The translations under genes and the position numbers were made by a program. From Candidatus Aminicenantes bacterium (GTDB lineage Bacteria > Acidobacteriota > Aminicenantia > Aminicenantales > Saccharicenantaceae), in assembly GCA_014360015.1 (NCBI GenBank), contig JACIYJ010000003.1, positions 6,197 to 70,196 of the forward strand: a stretch of 64,000 nucleotides of DNA, written 5' to 3'. The notes below the pieces were generated by a model. It saw only the letters and a program-made list of their open reading frames with translations, was not told the origin of the DNA and ran no database searches. This document shows positions 28,765-38,222 of this stretch, piece after piece; within the stretch, counting starts at the first letter, position 1; each line of letters starts with the position of its first letter.

Positions 28765-31395
28765 ATGAAGCAAAGAGAGTTAAAAATTCTCTCAGCCATA
28801 ATTCTTTTGTTCATTTCAATTTTTTCTTTTAGCTTCACGTCTCTGTTGGCTGCTAACATACCCGCTCCGGAAAAAATTCTGGGGTTTCGGGTAGGACAGG
28901 ATTTCAAGCTGGCTAACTGGAAGCAAATTACTGGCTATTTCCAGCTGCTCGCTCAATCCTCAGACCGGGTCAAGGTGGTGGAGCTGGGTAAAACCACTTT
29001 AGGCCGACCGCTGATTATGGCCATCATCACTTCGGCCGATAATATGGCCAGACTGGAAGAATACAGGAAGATCCATCAGCGTCTGCATGACCCCAGGGGC
29101 CTCAAGCCAGAAGAAAAAGCTGAGCTTATCAAGAAAGGCAAAGCTGTGGTTTACATCAGCTGTTCAATCCATTCTACAGAAATTGCCGCTTCTCAAATGT
29201 CAATGGAATTAGCTTATCGGCTGGCCAGCGAAATCACTCCGGAAATAAAAAAGATTCTGGATGAAGTCATCCTGTTGCTTGTCCCATCGGCCAATCCGGA
29301 TGGCATCGATCTGGTCACAGACTGGTATTATAGAAATCTCGGCACACCTTACGAAGCCAGCAATATGCCCTGGCTCTATCATTATTACACCGGACATGAC
29401 AACAACCGCGACTGGTTCATGCTGACTCAGAAAGAAACCCAGCTGATGGCTAAGGTGCTTTACCAGGAATGGTTTCCGCTCCTGGTTTATGACATTCATC
29501 AGATGGGCCAGAATGGACCAAGGCTGTTTCTTCCGCCTTATCAGGACCCGATTAACCCCAACCTCGACCCCCTGCTTCTGAGAGAGCTTTATAACCTGAC
29601 CGGCGAAGCCGTGGTCAACCTGACAAGAGAAGGCAAGTGTGGTGTGGCCACCAACATCATCTTTGACGGCTGGTATAACACCGCCAACCGGGCGGCACCG
29701 CTGCGACATAATGCTCTGGGTATCCTCTCCGAAGCAGCCAGCTGCAATTTAGCCTCACCGGTTTTTCTGCGGTCAAGCGACCTAAGGGTTTCCGAGGGAG
29801 GCAATGAGATTCAATCTACTTACCTCGAGCCCTGGCCAGGAGGCTGGTGGCGTCTGCGCGATATCGTTGAGTACGAAGAAATTGTGGCCATGTCTTTCTT
29901 GAAGACTGTGGCTGAAAAGAGGGAAAGATTTCTGGAGAATTTCTGTTTGTTTGCCGAGCGTCAGATCAACAAAGGCCAGACCGAACCACCGTTTGCTTAC
30001 CTCATCCCGCAGGACCAGAAGGACCTGCCCACTGCCCTGAAGCTTATCGAGGTAATCCAGAAAAATGGCGCTGAAGTGTATCAGGCAAAAAAGTCATTTA
30101 CGGCCGACGGAATAGACTATCCAGCTGGAACCTATGTCATCCCCTTAGCTCAACCTTACCGGGCTTTCATCAAAGATTTGCTCGAAAGCAAAGCTTATCC
30201 GCTGCCACCGGGGAAAGACCCAGCTAAGTACCTGCCTTATGATGAAGCCAGCTGGACGCTTCCCTTGCAGATGGGAGTGAAAGTGGTCGAAGTCACCAAC
30301 AAATTTGAGACAGATCTGAACCTTCTGCCGCCGGTCAAAATCCCGGATAGCAACATCGCTGACGGGGGTGGAAAATATTTTATCATCGACAGCAGCTCCA
30401 ACAATTCGGTCATCCTGGCCAACCGGCTTTTCAAAAAAGGCTTGAGATTCAGCTACATAGACAGACAGATTGCTTCTAAGGGCAGGAGCTTTAAGTCAGG
30501 AAGTATAGTAATTGAAAAATCGGCCATCAGCCGACAAGAACTGATTTCGCTGGCCAAAGGCCTCGGACTGACCATAGAAAGTATTGATGAAGTAGATCCG
30601 GCTAAACTTCAGTCGTTTGTTCCCTATCGTTTAGCCATTTATCAGCCCTGGACAGCCAGCATGGACGAAGGCTGGACCCGCTGGGTATTAGAGCAGTTTG
30701 AATTTCCGTTTAAGGTTATCCACAACTCAGAAATCAGAGCCGGACAGCTGGAAAAAAATTATACCCATATAATTCTTCCCAGCATTTCGACCAGTGTCAT
30801 CCTTGAAGGCAGGAAAAAAGGCGAAGTGCCACCAGAATATGCCGGTGGAATCGGTCTGGAAGGCGTGGCTGCTCTGAATTCTTTTGTAAAAAATGGCGGC
30901 GTTTTAATCGCGGTGGAAAATGCGGCTGATTTTGCCATTGAGTACTTTGGTCTGCCCGTTAAAAACATTATCGAACCCAGAAGGCAGAGCCGGAATGAGA
31001 CCGAGCCCGCGGCCAGATCTCAGTTTGACCGGGTAAAAATCTATTCCCCGGGTTCTATTTTGCGAGTCCAGATGGATAATTCCTTGCCCGAAGTTTATGG
31101 CCTTGAAGACGAAGCGGCCATCTTCTCTTTCTTCAGCCCAGTTTTTGAACTGGAAAAAGTTCCGGACACTAAAATCTCAGGCGTGGAAAAGGTCTGGAAC
31201 CTGGCCTGGTATCCCGCCTACAATCCCTTGCTCAGTGGAATTCTGCTAAATGGCGATAAACTGAAATACAAATCGGCCGCTGTTGCCTGCCAGATTGGAA
31301 AAGGCAAAGTAGTGTTGCTCGGGTTTGATGTAATTCATCGGGCTCAGGCTCATGGCAGCTTCAAATTTCTTTTCAGTCCCATTATCTACCGCTGA
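28765..31395 (+). CDS. large secreted protein with N-terminal M14 zinc-carboxypeptidase domain
   Basis: 876 aa; signal peptide; M14 features (HSTEIAAS, LVPSANPDG, Zn-ligand context) in the first ~300 aa, followed by a long C-terminal extension. Confidence 0.65.
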   Translation: MKQRELKILSAIILLFISIFSFSFTSLLAANIPAPEKILGFRVGQDFKLANWKQITGYFQLLAQSSDRVKVVELGKTTLGRPLIMAIITSADNMARLEEYRKIHQRLHDPRGLKPEEKAELIKKGKAVVYISCSIHSTEIAASQMSMELAYRLASEITPEIKKILDEVILLLVPSANPDGIDLVTDWYYRNLGTPYEASNMPWLYHYYTGHDNNRDWFMLTQKETQLMAKVLYQEWFPLLVYDIHQMGQNGPRLFLPPYQDPINPNLDPLLLRELYNLTGEAVVNLTREGKCGVATNIIFDGWYNTANRAAPLRHNALGILSEAASCNLASPVFLRSSDLRVSEGGNEIQSTYLEPWPGGWWRLRDIVEYEEIVAMSFLKTVAEKRERFLENFCLFAERQINKGQTEPPFAYLIPQDQKDLPTALKLIEVIQKNGAEVYQAKKSFTADGIDYPAGTYVIPLAQPYRAFIKDLLESKAYPLPPGKDPAKYLPYDEASWTLPLQMGVKVVEVTNKFETDLNLLPPVKIPDSNIADGGGKYFIIDSSSNNSVILANRLFKKGLRFSYIDRQIASKGRSFKSGSIVIEKSAISRQELISLAKGLGLTIESIDEVDPAKLQSFVPYRLAIYQPWTASMDEGWTRWVLEQFEFPFKVIHNSEIRAGQLEKNYTHIILPSISTSVILEGRKKGEVPPEYAGGIGLEGVAALNSFVKNGGVLIAVENAADFAIEYFGLPVKNIIEPRRQSRNETEPAARSQFDRVKIYSPGSILRVQMDNSLPEVYGLEDEAAIFSFFSPVFELEKVPDTKISGVEKVWNLAWYPAYNPLLSGILLNGDKLKYKSAAVACQIGKGKVVLLGFDVIHRAQAHGSFKFLFSPIIYR

Positions 31396-31490
31396 ACTTA
31401 ACGGACAGACTTAATAAATTTAGGCTAAACTGAAAAAGGGGAAAAAAATAAGTGTATTTGCCAATTAAAAATTTATACCCGAGCTACTCT

Positions 31491-33947
31491 TTAATGTTTT
31501 ATTACCTGATAAATTGACATTGGCTGGATATCGAAAACAACCACCCCCGTTTTAAAATCAAAACTGACTTTATCAACAGCCTCAGGCTTCCCTCCAGTGA
31601 AATACTTATTGATTTGACCCAGACTTACCACATCGACTTCCTGCCAGTCTCCTGGTAAATGAACAACTGCCTTCAAGGACGAGCCCGTCGGGTTCACCAC
31701 TCTGATCTTGCCATCGCCATCCCAGATTTCCTGAAGGTCAAAATGCTCCACTCTGGCCCCCTTCTCAAAAATCTTCAGATAAGGTATTTCATAAAGGTTG
31801 GAAACAACGACCAGGCCATCGTCGTCTTCGTAGAACTCCTTTGTATAGGTGTTATAATGGCCACAGAATTCGAATTTCCCGCCTGTTGCTTCCTTCATCT
31901 TTTTATTAGCTTCAAGGCTATGCCACAGCAGCTGATGAGCATAATCAAGATACATTTTCTTTCCAGTATGCTTGTAACCAGCAACCAGGGCTTCCATAAT
32001 CCAGGGGATGTAAGTCGGCGCCGTTGCCACGGATGAATCTGTACCGGTGGTCGGCTCTCCAAATTGACCGGTCCAGTCTCCATCCTTTCGCGCTACCCCA
32101 CCTTTTAACCAGCTGAATTCGCCTTCATACTTATCCATATGAATGAATGACATCAGCAGGGCATCAAGAATCTTAGTGCCATGTTCCAGCCACTTTGCTT
32201 CCCTGGTGTAATCATAAAGCCGATATAGGACCTTGGCTGCAAAAGCGTAGACGTTGACCGATGGCTCTCCAGCGTGGTCTTCGAGCAACAGCCCGTAATT
32301 TTCAAGAACCTGGAGCTGGTTTTCCATGGCTTCGATCGCCCGCTCCAAGTATTTCCTCTCTCCGGTAAAGGAATAAGCGCTGAGCATAACATCCATACCA
32401 AACTCGCAGGCATCGAAGGTATTTAGGTCATCTTTCCAGATCAATTTCGGTGGCTTAACCTGCGGATCAACCACCGCCCGCCAGTACCATCTTTTCCCTT
32501 CTGGATTCCACATCAGGCCAGAATGAACTTTCTCAAAGTTAAGCAGCAGGGCTTCTTTCACCGCCTGACTCTGAGTCATCGGATACTCAGCCAGGAGCGA
32601 CTCCACATTGTACGGTTGCGACCAGAGGAAACACTGCCGTTGTTTTACGTCTACCGTCTGGTCCATGAAATAGCCATAGAAAGGATGGTCTGGTGAGTTC
32701 CAGCGCATTTTTTCCAGGTAGTATTTGTTGGCATTTATGGTGTAGTTCAACCAGGTTTTATCTCCGGTCACATAGAACATGGTCATAAACGCCTTGCCAG
32801 TCATTTCGTTGTGCCAGTCGTTGGTTGGCCATTCGTAAGCATGATAGACCCAGCCGTCCTTGGTAATAGTCCTTGGAACGTTTCTGACCAGATAGTCTTC
32901 AACTTCATCCAGGTTAACCCTTTCAAAAGTTATTCCATTTTCCCGTAGATAGCGGTCATAACGCCTATAAATGTTTTCATCAGAAAAAGTGGCTACCAGA
33001 TTAAAACTGGCTTCTTCAGTCGGCTTCAATCTGGTAGCTTTCCAGACAAAAAGTCCGTGCTGATGGAGTATCCACCACCCGCCGGTAAAATAATTGCTCT
33101 TCGTATCCCGCTTGATTTTCCAGGGCAGCATACCGGACCCGGCCAGTCCATCGCCGCTTACAGTGAAAGTGAAATTATCCGTAAATCCTAATGGTTCAAT
33201 CTTACGACAGGAAAGAAGCTCGGGGGGCCCAAAGTTGGTGTCAATGATTTTATTGGCCGGAAGGGTCAGTAGATTGATGTATTGAATTTCTTTGTCCTGC
33301 TTATTTCTGACCCTGAGGTCAAAAAAAAGCTGCGCGCCTTTGAGGCTTATTTCCAGGGTGTGACTCAAGCCCTGGCCCTTGTCAGCAATCAGAACCAGAA
33401 TCTGCCCTTTCTCTTTATCCTTCCTGACTTCATGCTTCTCAAAGTAAACATACCATTTATAAGATGGATTCTTCTCCGACTCCTTGGCATTCCACATCGA
33501 CAGAAACGGATTATCCGGATAATTTTCTGGCTGACCGACCAGTCCGATGACATCATTGGAACTTAAAGTTGGGTAAAGCTTGCGGGCTTTATCCCAGCCG
33601 AGATACCGGTAACAAATTTCATCCCGGTAGCGCAATTCCTGAAGGTAATAGCCATTCCAGCGCGGGTCAAGGTCCCGGATCTCTGGCGGGGTATCAAAAG
33701 GATTCAAAGCCTGATGCCCTTTCCAGACATCAACATAATCCAGCCTGAGATAAATCTGACCGTTGGATAACTCAATCACATCTCCTGGTGAATCCTGTCC
33801 GTTATGGTCATTGTCATGCCAGATGAGACTGATCTTTTCACCTTTACTAACTGGGGTTAAAAAAAGATAAAGGAGAAGTGATAGTACAATCAGCCCGAGA
33901 ATAAAGATAAAACTGAACCACAGTCCTCTCTCCTGCCTGATATTCAT
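31491..33947 (-). CDS. large hypothetical secreted/anchored protein, possibly a carbohydrate-active (alpha/alpha)-barrel-type enzyme
   Basis: 818 aa; N-terminal TM/signal; W/Y-rich composition typical of glycan-active enzymes. No family assignable by eye. Confidence 0.4.
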   Translation of the reverse strand: MNIRQERGLWFSFIFILGLIVLSLLLYLFLTPVSKGEKISLIWHDNDHNGQDSPGDVIELSNGQIYLRLDYVDVWKGHQALNPFDTPPEIRDLDPRWNGYYLQELRYRDEICYRYLGWDKARKLYPTLSSNDVIGLVGQPENYPDNPFLSMWNAKESEKNPSYKWYVYFEKHEVRKDKEKGQILVLIADKGQGLSHTLEISLKGAQLFFDLRVRNKQDKEIQYINLLTLPANKIIDTNFGPPELLSCRKIEPLGFTDNFTFTVSGDGLAGSGMLPWKIKRDTKSNYFTGGWWILHQHGLFVWKATRLKPTEEASFNLVATFSDENIYRRYDRYLRENGITFERVNLDEVEDYLVRNVPRTITKDGWVYHAYEWPTNDWHNEMTGKAFMTMFYVTGDKTWLNYTINANKYYLEKMRWNSPDHPFYGYFMDQTVDVKQRQCFLWSQPYNVESLLAEYPMTQSQAVKEALLLNFEKVHSGLMWNPEGKRWYWRAVVDPQVKPPKLIWKDDLNTFDACEFGMDVMLSAYSFTGERKYLERAIEAMENQLQVLENYGLLLEDHAGEPSVNVYAFAAKVLYRLYDYTREAKWLEHGTKILDALLMSFIHMDKYEGEFSWLKGGVARKDGDWTGQFGEPTTGTDSSVATAPTYIPWIMEALVAGYKHTGKKMYLDYAHQLLWHSLEANKKMKEATGGKFEFCGHYNTYTKEFYEDDDGLVVVSNLYEIPYLKIFEKGARVEHFDLQEIWDGDGKIRVVNPTGSSLKAVVHLPGDWQEVDVVSLGQINKYFTGGKPEAVDKVSFDFKTGVVVFDIQPMSIYQVIKH

Positions 33948-34326
33948 TCTAACCTCCTAAAAAGGGGGACAGTCTACATATTTCCTATTTTTTCCCTGCT
34001 CTCTTCTTTCCAGCTTGCCGGAGTCACAAGCTTTTCAGAACTACCACCCTTCTCTTTTCCTGAGCTTATTTTCACTCTCAGTCTAATAAATTGCTCGACA
34101 TTAAGTCAAGAAAAACAGGGGCTCCTCCTTAAAAAGTGTGGTAAATATTTAGTAGTGGGATGAGGGTGATTGGGATAAATGCAAGGAGGACTTTTTTGAT
34201 GTAGACCACCACATTTCTATAGCCGTAGCTCAGTCTTTTAATTAATTTCATTTTTGGTGTAAGCTCCCTCAGTGTGGGCATTAGTGGTTTTGTGGTTAAA
34301 GTAGTTCAGGATATATTCTTGGTATT

Positions 34327-34827
34327 TTGACACTCTTTCCTTTAACCGATCATCAGCTCTGTTTCCTGCATCTTCAGCGCAATGTCAGGAGGAATATGGG
34401 CAAAGAGGATGCTCGTCTGTTCAACCGGGAGCTGGAAAATATTCGTTTATCCCGGGACTATGAGCAAGCCCAGATGAGGTTCGAGCAGCTCTGCCAGCAC
34501 TACCAGAGTAAATACCCAACGTTCATTAAGAATATCCAGTCCAAGCTAACTCACTATGTCTGCTTCTTAAAGTATCCAGAAGAGATAAGAAGATACCTCT
34601 ACACTACTAATGCCGTGGAGAATTTCAACAGCCGGATAGAGCAAATCAGATTCAGACTTGGTGGATATTTTCAGTCAGTGGAGATTCTGGAGATAAATCT
34701 TTTGCTCCAGACTGAGCGCCTGAAGCAGGGAAAATGGAAAAATCCTCTACCTGTGCTGAAGTCCAGAGCCTACGAAATCCAACAACTTTTTAACCTCAAG
34801 TTCTATGAACAGACACAAAATTATTGA
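34327..34827 (+). mobile_element. IS256-family (mutator-type) transposase, C-terminal fragment only; IS remnant
   Basis: 166 aa containing the IS256 signature YTTNAVENFNSRIEQIR and upstream HLQRNVRRN. The N-terminal ~230 aa expected for a full transposase is missing, and no intact frame lies upstream. Confidence 0.75.
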
Positions 34828-34955
34828 CAACTGTCTCTGCCTTAAGAATGGCCCTCTTTGTCCTCATATCTAACCTCATGGCCTTGCCTCCCTGAAAAAT
34901 ACTTTCCATCCCTCATTATCTTACTTTCAGAGAGGCCAAAATCAGTCCTTTTTCG

Positions 34956-35012
34956 GGTAGATTTTCTCGTGAGGCAATGAATCATTTTCAGGTAGATTTT
35001 TAATGAGGCAAT
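34956..35012. repeat. two imperfect 22-23 bp direct repeats (GGTAGATTTTCTCGTGAGGCAAT / GGTAGATTTTTAATGAGGCAAT)
   Basis: Read directly at 34956-34978 and 34991-35012, in the spacer between the IS256 remnant and peptide locus 2. Confidence 0.5.
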
Positions 35013-35205
35013 TCGCCCTTGTAATGAAAAAAATTTCAGGATAAAATTTCTGATACTCATTGTGTTAGGTCAACTCCTTTCCTAAATTCTTTATCATCAA
35101 GGAGTTCCTACCACATCTGCACATTTTTTTCACCAAACTTTTGACGAATGAGCCTTTGACTACTTGACAAAGCTATCTTTTTTTTTACCCTAAAAAGGGT
35201 AAAAT

Positions 35206-35694
35206 ATGATGAAGCAGCAAAAACAGAAAAAGGCTCAGATATTAGCTGCCATCTCAACTCCAGAAAAAATGCTTATTGGATTGGGCATTCTCTTAACTAT
35301 TATTTCCGCTGGATTTTTCGCTTATCACTCCTTTATGGACACATGTATACGCTGCATTAATCAAATTATAAAAAATGACAGTGGCTATTATCGTTATTCT
35401 GCTATTTATTTGATAAGTTCTGTCAATTCCTTTTGCCGGCCGTGTGCTAAATATGATCAACTCAAAAACGATCCTGACAGAAGAATCATATTCTTATTAG
35501 AGCCAGATTATTCTGACGCAGACATAGAAAATTTTAGGAGAGCCTTTAACCTGACCAGCAAAGAAGATATAAGGCGGATGGATTCAGACTGGAAGAAAAT
35601 TTATTTAAAATGCAATAAAAATAAATGGAATTTATATTATAATTTTTTGATTGTAATCAACGAAGGGAAGGTAGATGAAATAAGGAGATTTTAA
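35206..35694 (+). CDS. membrane-anchored TlpA-like thioredoxin-fold protein (CxxC = CRPC)
   Basis: N-terminal TM helix; Trx-fold order AIYLISSVNSFCRPCAK...RIIFLL...NFLIVINEGKV. AT-rich gene; stop abuts the next start. Confidence 0.5.
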   Translation: MMKQQKQKKAQILAAISTPEKMLIGLGILLTIISAGFFAYHSFMDTCIRCINQIIKNDSGYYRYSAIYLISSVNSFCRPCAKYDQLKNDPDRRIIFLLEPDYSDADIENFRRAFNLTSKEDIRRMDSDWKKIYLKCNKNKWNLYYNFLIVINEGKVDEIRRF

Positions 35695-36750
35695 ATGAAA
35701 AAGATAGGCCTAATTATCTTGCTAATTCTTTTAGCCATTGGAGTTCAACCCGAGATATATGGTAGCGAAATTCCAAAAGAAAAGGTTGTCCTGGTTAAAA
35801 AATTCCCAGAAGACGGGCTCCAAACTAAAGCTGTTCCGTGGATAGATGTTGATTCTAATGGCAATATTTTTGCAGTTGGAAATAGAGAACATTCAATTTT
35901 TAAGTTCAGCCCAGAGGGCAAACTGCTGTTAACTTTTGGCGGCTGGGGCCAGGGGCCAGGAGAGCTACAATGGCCAGCTTGGATTTCTATAAATAATGAG
36001 TTTAATCAGATTTTTATCATAGATAATATAGGAATTTCTATTTACGATTCTGAGGGGAAATTTATCCAAAAAATTAGAACTTTCATTCCTCCCTTAAGTT
36101 TATGTGCTACCCGTAACGGAGTTATTCTCTTACAACCAACTCCAGATAAAAAAGAGATGATAAACTATTATGACCGTCAAGGCCGGCTGATATTATCTTG
36201 TGGCGAAAAATATCAAATTGATTACTCATTAAGTAAAGAAATTCAGCCTGGTTACCTTGACCGGCTGGTTAATGATGGGAAAATATTATCAGATGGTAAA
36301 TACATTTATTATGTTTCGCATGTCTTTGGAGAAATTAAGGTTTTTGATTTTTCGGGAAAGTTAATCCTGAGGAAAAAGATAACGGGTATAAAAAACTTGG
36401 AGATGGTAAGGCGGGAATATGAAAAGCTATTTTTCAAGAATGGAATAAAAAAGAATAAAGACGGGACGATCACCACCCGATTAATTTTTGATGACTCATA
36501 TATATCCGGCCAAAACATATATTTGCTAATGCGTGGAGAAGTAGAAAAAGGGCCATCTGAAATATTATCCTTATCGAAAGATAATCTGGATATAAACGAA
36601 AGGTTATCCCTGCCCGAAGAAATTACACCCAAACATTTATGCATAATAAAACCAGCAGGCACAAATGGCGGTCTATTTCTCGTTGCTTTCTATGATAAGG
36701 TTAATGAAATTAATTTAATTGGAATTTTTAAAAAGGGGGTATCAAAATGA
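35695..36750 (+). CDS. secreted NHL-repeat six-bladed beta-propeller protein (paralog of 21648-22631)
   Basis: Signal peptide; NHL blades (GGWGQGPGELQWP...IFIIDNIGISIYDSEGKFI) alignable with the locus-1 propeller (GGKGRGPAEFD...IYAADSFNSMIKIFDKNGKYL). Confidence 0.65.
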   Translation: MKKIGLIILLILLAIGVQPEIYGSEIPKEKVVLVKKFPEDGLQTKAVPWIDVDSNGNIFAVGNREHSIFKFSPEGKLLLTFGGWGQGPGELQWPAWISINNEFNQIFIIDNIGISIYDSEGKFIQKIRTFIPPLSLCATRNGVILLQPTPDKKEMINYYDRQGRLILSCGEKYQIDYSLSKEIQPGYLDRLVNDGKILSDGKYIYYVSHVFGEIKVFDFSGKLILRKKITGIKNLEMVRREYEKLFFKNGIKKNKDGTITTRLIFDDSYISGQNIYLLMRGEVEKGPSEILSLSKDNLDINERLSLPEEITPKHLCIIKPAGTNGGLFLVAFYDKVNEINLIGIFKKGVSK

Positions 36751-36992
36751 AAAAGCTGAGATTCGCTTGTATCTTAGTTTTCGTTTGTGTGTCCATTTGT
36801 TTATTTTTGTTATCACTTGGAATAGCCTCTGTTCCAGGAGGGGGTGGCGGAGGAAATATATATTGCAAGGATGTTTTCCCAGGAAATTGCACCCAGGGTG
36901 GCTGTGGCGCAGGAGCAGGCTGGTGGGCAGTTGCCTGCGTAATCCATTGCTCAGATACTCTTCAGATAACCTGTCAAACTTCAAATCAATGA
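36747..36992 (+). CDS. small secreted Gly/Cys-rich peptide (81-aa precursor: signal peptide, Gly6 linker, ~45-aa core with 6 Cys)
   Basis: ATGA start/stop overlap with the propeller gene (translational coupling); MKKLRFACILVFVCVSICLFLLSLGIASV signal; GGGGGG; core NIYCKDVFPGNCTQGGCGAGAGWWAVACVIHCSDTLQITCQTSNQ. Confidence 0.55.
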   Translation: MKKLRFACILVFVCVSICLFLLSLGIASVPGGGGGGNIYCKDVFPGNCTQGGCGAGAGWWAVACVIHCSDTLQITCQTSNQ

Positions 36993-37007
36993 AATTATGA
37001 GCTTGTT

Positions 37008-38222
37008 TCACTTATTCAAACGGCGCTTCAGGGCCCTGGTCAGAGCCGGCACCACGGTGAAGAGGTCTCCGACAATTCCATAATCAGCAATCTGAAAAAT
37101 CGGCGCCTCCGGGTCTTTGTTTATGGCTACGATAATCTTGCTGGTGCGCATTCCGGCCTGGTGCTGAATAGCCCCGCTTATTCCACAGGCGATGTATAAG
37201 TCTGGTCTGACTGTTCTCCCGGTCTGGCCGACCTGATGGGCATAAGAAATCCAACCGGCATCAACTGCTGCTCTTGAAGCTCCAACCGCTCCCCCCAGGA
37301 CATCAGCCAGCTCCCGCAATATGGTAAAACCTTCAGGCCCTTTTACTCCGCGGCCACCCGAAACAATGATTTTAGCATCAGCCAGATTGACTTCATTTTT
37401 CTCCACGATGAGGTCCAGGACCTTAGTGGCAATCTGCTCTTCCAGTAGAACAGCCTTTTCGCGGATAATCTGACCTTGTCTTGATTCGTCCGGTGCCGGC
37501 ATCTCAAACACATGGTGTCTGACCGTAGCCATCTGCGGCCGATGATTCGGACATTTGATGGTGGCCATAATATTTCCACCAAAAGCCGGACGTATCTGCA
37601 GCAACAGATTCGACCCTTCCTCAATTTCCAGTCCGGTGCAATCAGCAGTCAGTCCAGTATAAAGATAAGTGGCTACCGCGCCCGCCAGGTCCCGGCCCCG
37701 GGTACTGGCCCCAAGTAGGAAAATTTCCGGTTTGTATTTCTTTACCAGCTCCACCAGGCACCTGGCATAGGGGTCGGTGCGATAGACTTTCAAGGTCGGG
37801 TCATCGATTAAAAAAACTCTATCTGCACCGTAGGCAATTGCCTGTTTAGCAATGGGTTCTGCTTCATAACCAAGGACACAGGCAGTAAGAATTGTTCCTC
37901 TTTTATCAGCCAGCTTCCGCCCTTCTCCCATCATTTCCCACGAAATTGATGCGGCCCGACCATCAAACTGTTCCACCCAGACCCAGACTCCGCTGTACTC
38001 ATCTGTCGACACTGTTTCTTTCTTTTCAACTTCAGGCAAACTGAGGGCACTCACCGGACATTCAGGCACACAAGCGCCGCAGCCTGTGCAGGCCTCATTG
38101 ACCACAATAATGTTTTCACTATCTAAGCTCAAAGCTCCAAATGGACAAACTTGGATACACAACCCACAACCCGTGCAAACATCTCTTTTTATCTGAAGCA
38201 AAGCCATTTTCATTCTCCTCAA
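37008..38222 (-). CDS. etfA: electron transfer flavoprotein alpha subunit with N-terminal 2x[4Fe-4S] ferredoxin domain (FixB-like)
   Basis: 404 aa; N-terminal CTGCGLCIQVCP and CTGCGACVPECP motifs; EtfA FAD-binding C-terminal domain (IACGISGAIQHQAGM). Confidence 0.85.
   Translation of the reverse strand: MRRMKMALLQIKRDVCTGCGLCIQVCPFGALSLDSENIIVVNEACTGCGACVPECPVSALSLPEVEKKETVSTDEYSGVWVWVEQFDGRAASISWEMMGEGRKLADKRGTILTACVLGYEAEPIAKQAIAYGADRVFLIDDPTLKVYRTDPYARCLVELVKKYKPEIFLLGASTRGRDLAGAVATYLYTGLTADCTGLEIEEGSNLLLQIRPAFGGNIMATIKCPNHRPQMATVRHHVFEMPAPDESRQGQIIREKAVLLEEQIATKVLDLIVEKNEVNLADAKIIVSGGRGVKGPEGFTILRELADVLGGAVGASRAAVDAGWISYAHQVGQTGRTVRPDLYIACGISGAIQHQAGMRTSKIIVAINKDPEAPIFQIADYGIVGDLFTVVPALTRALKRRLNK

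Noticed and set aside
36719-37011. Track ORFs 36719-37000 (+) and 36742-37011 (-) overlapping the Gly/Cys-rich peptide gene.
   Set aside because: Alternative frames of the same DNA yield Arg/Leu-rich junk. Only the 36747 frame has a signal peptide, an RBS-equivalent coupling (ATGA) and a coherent Cys framework.
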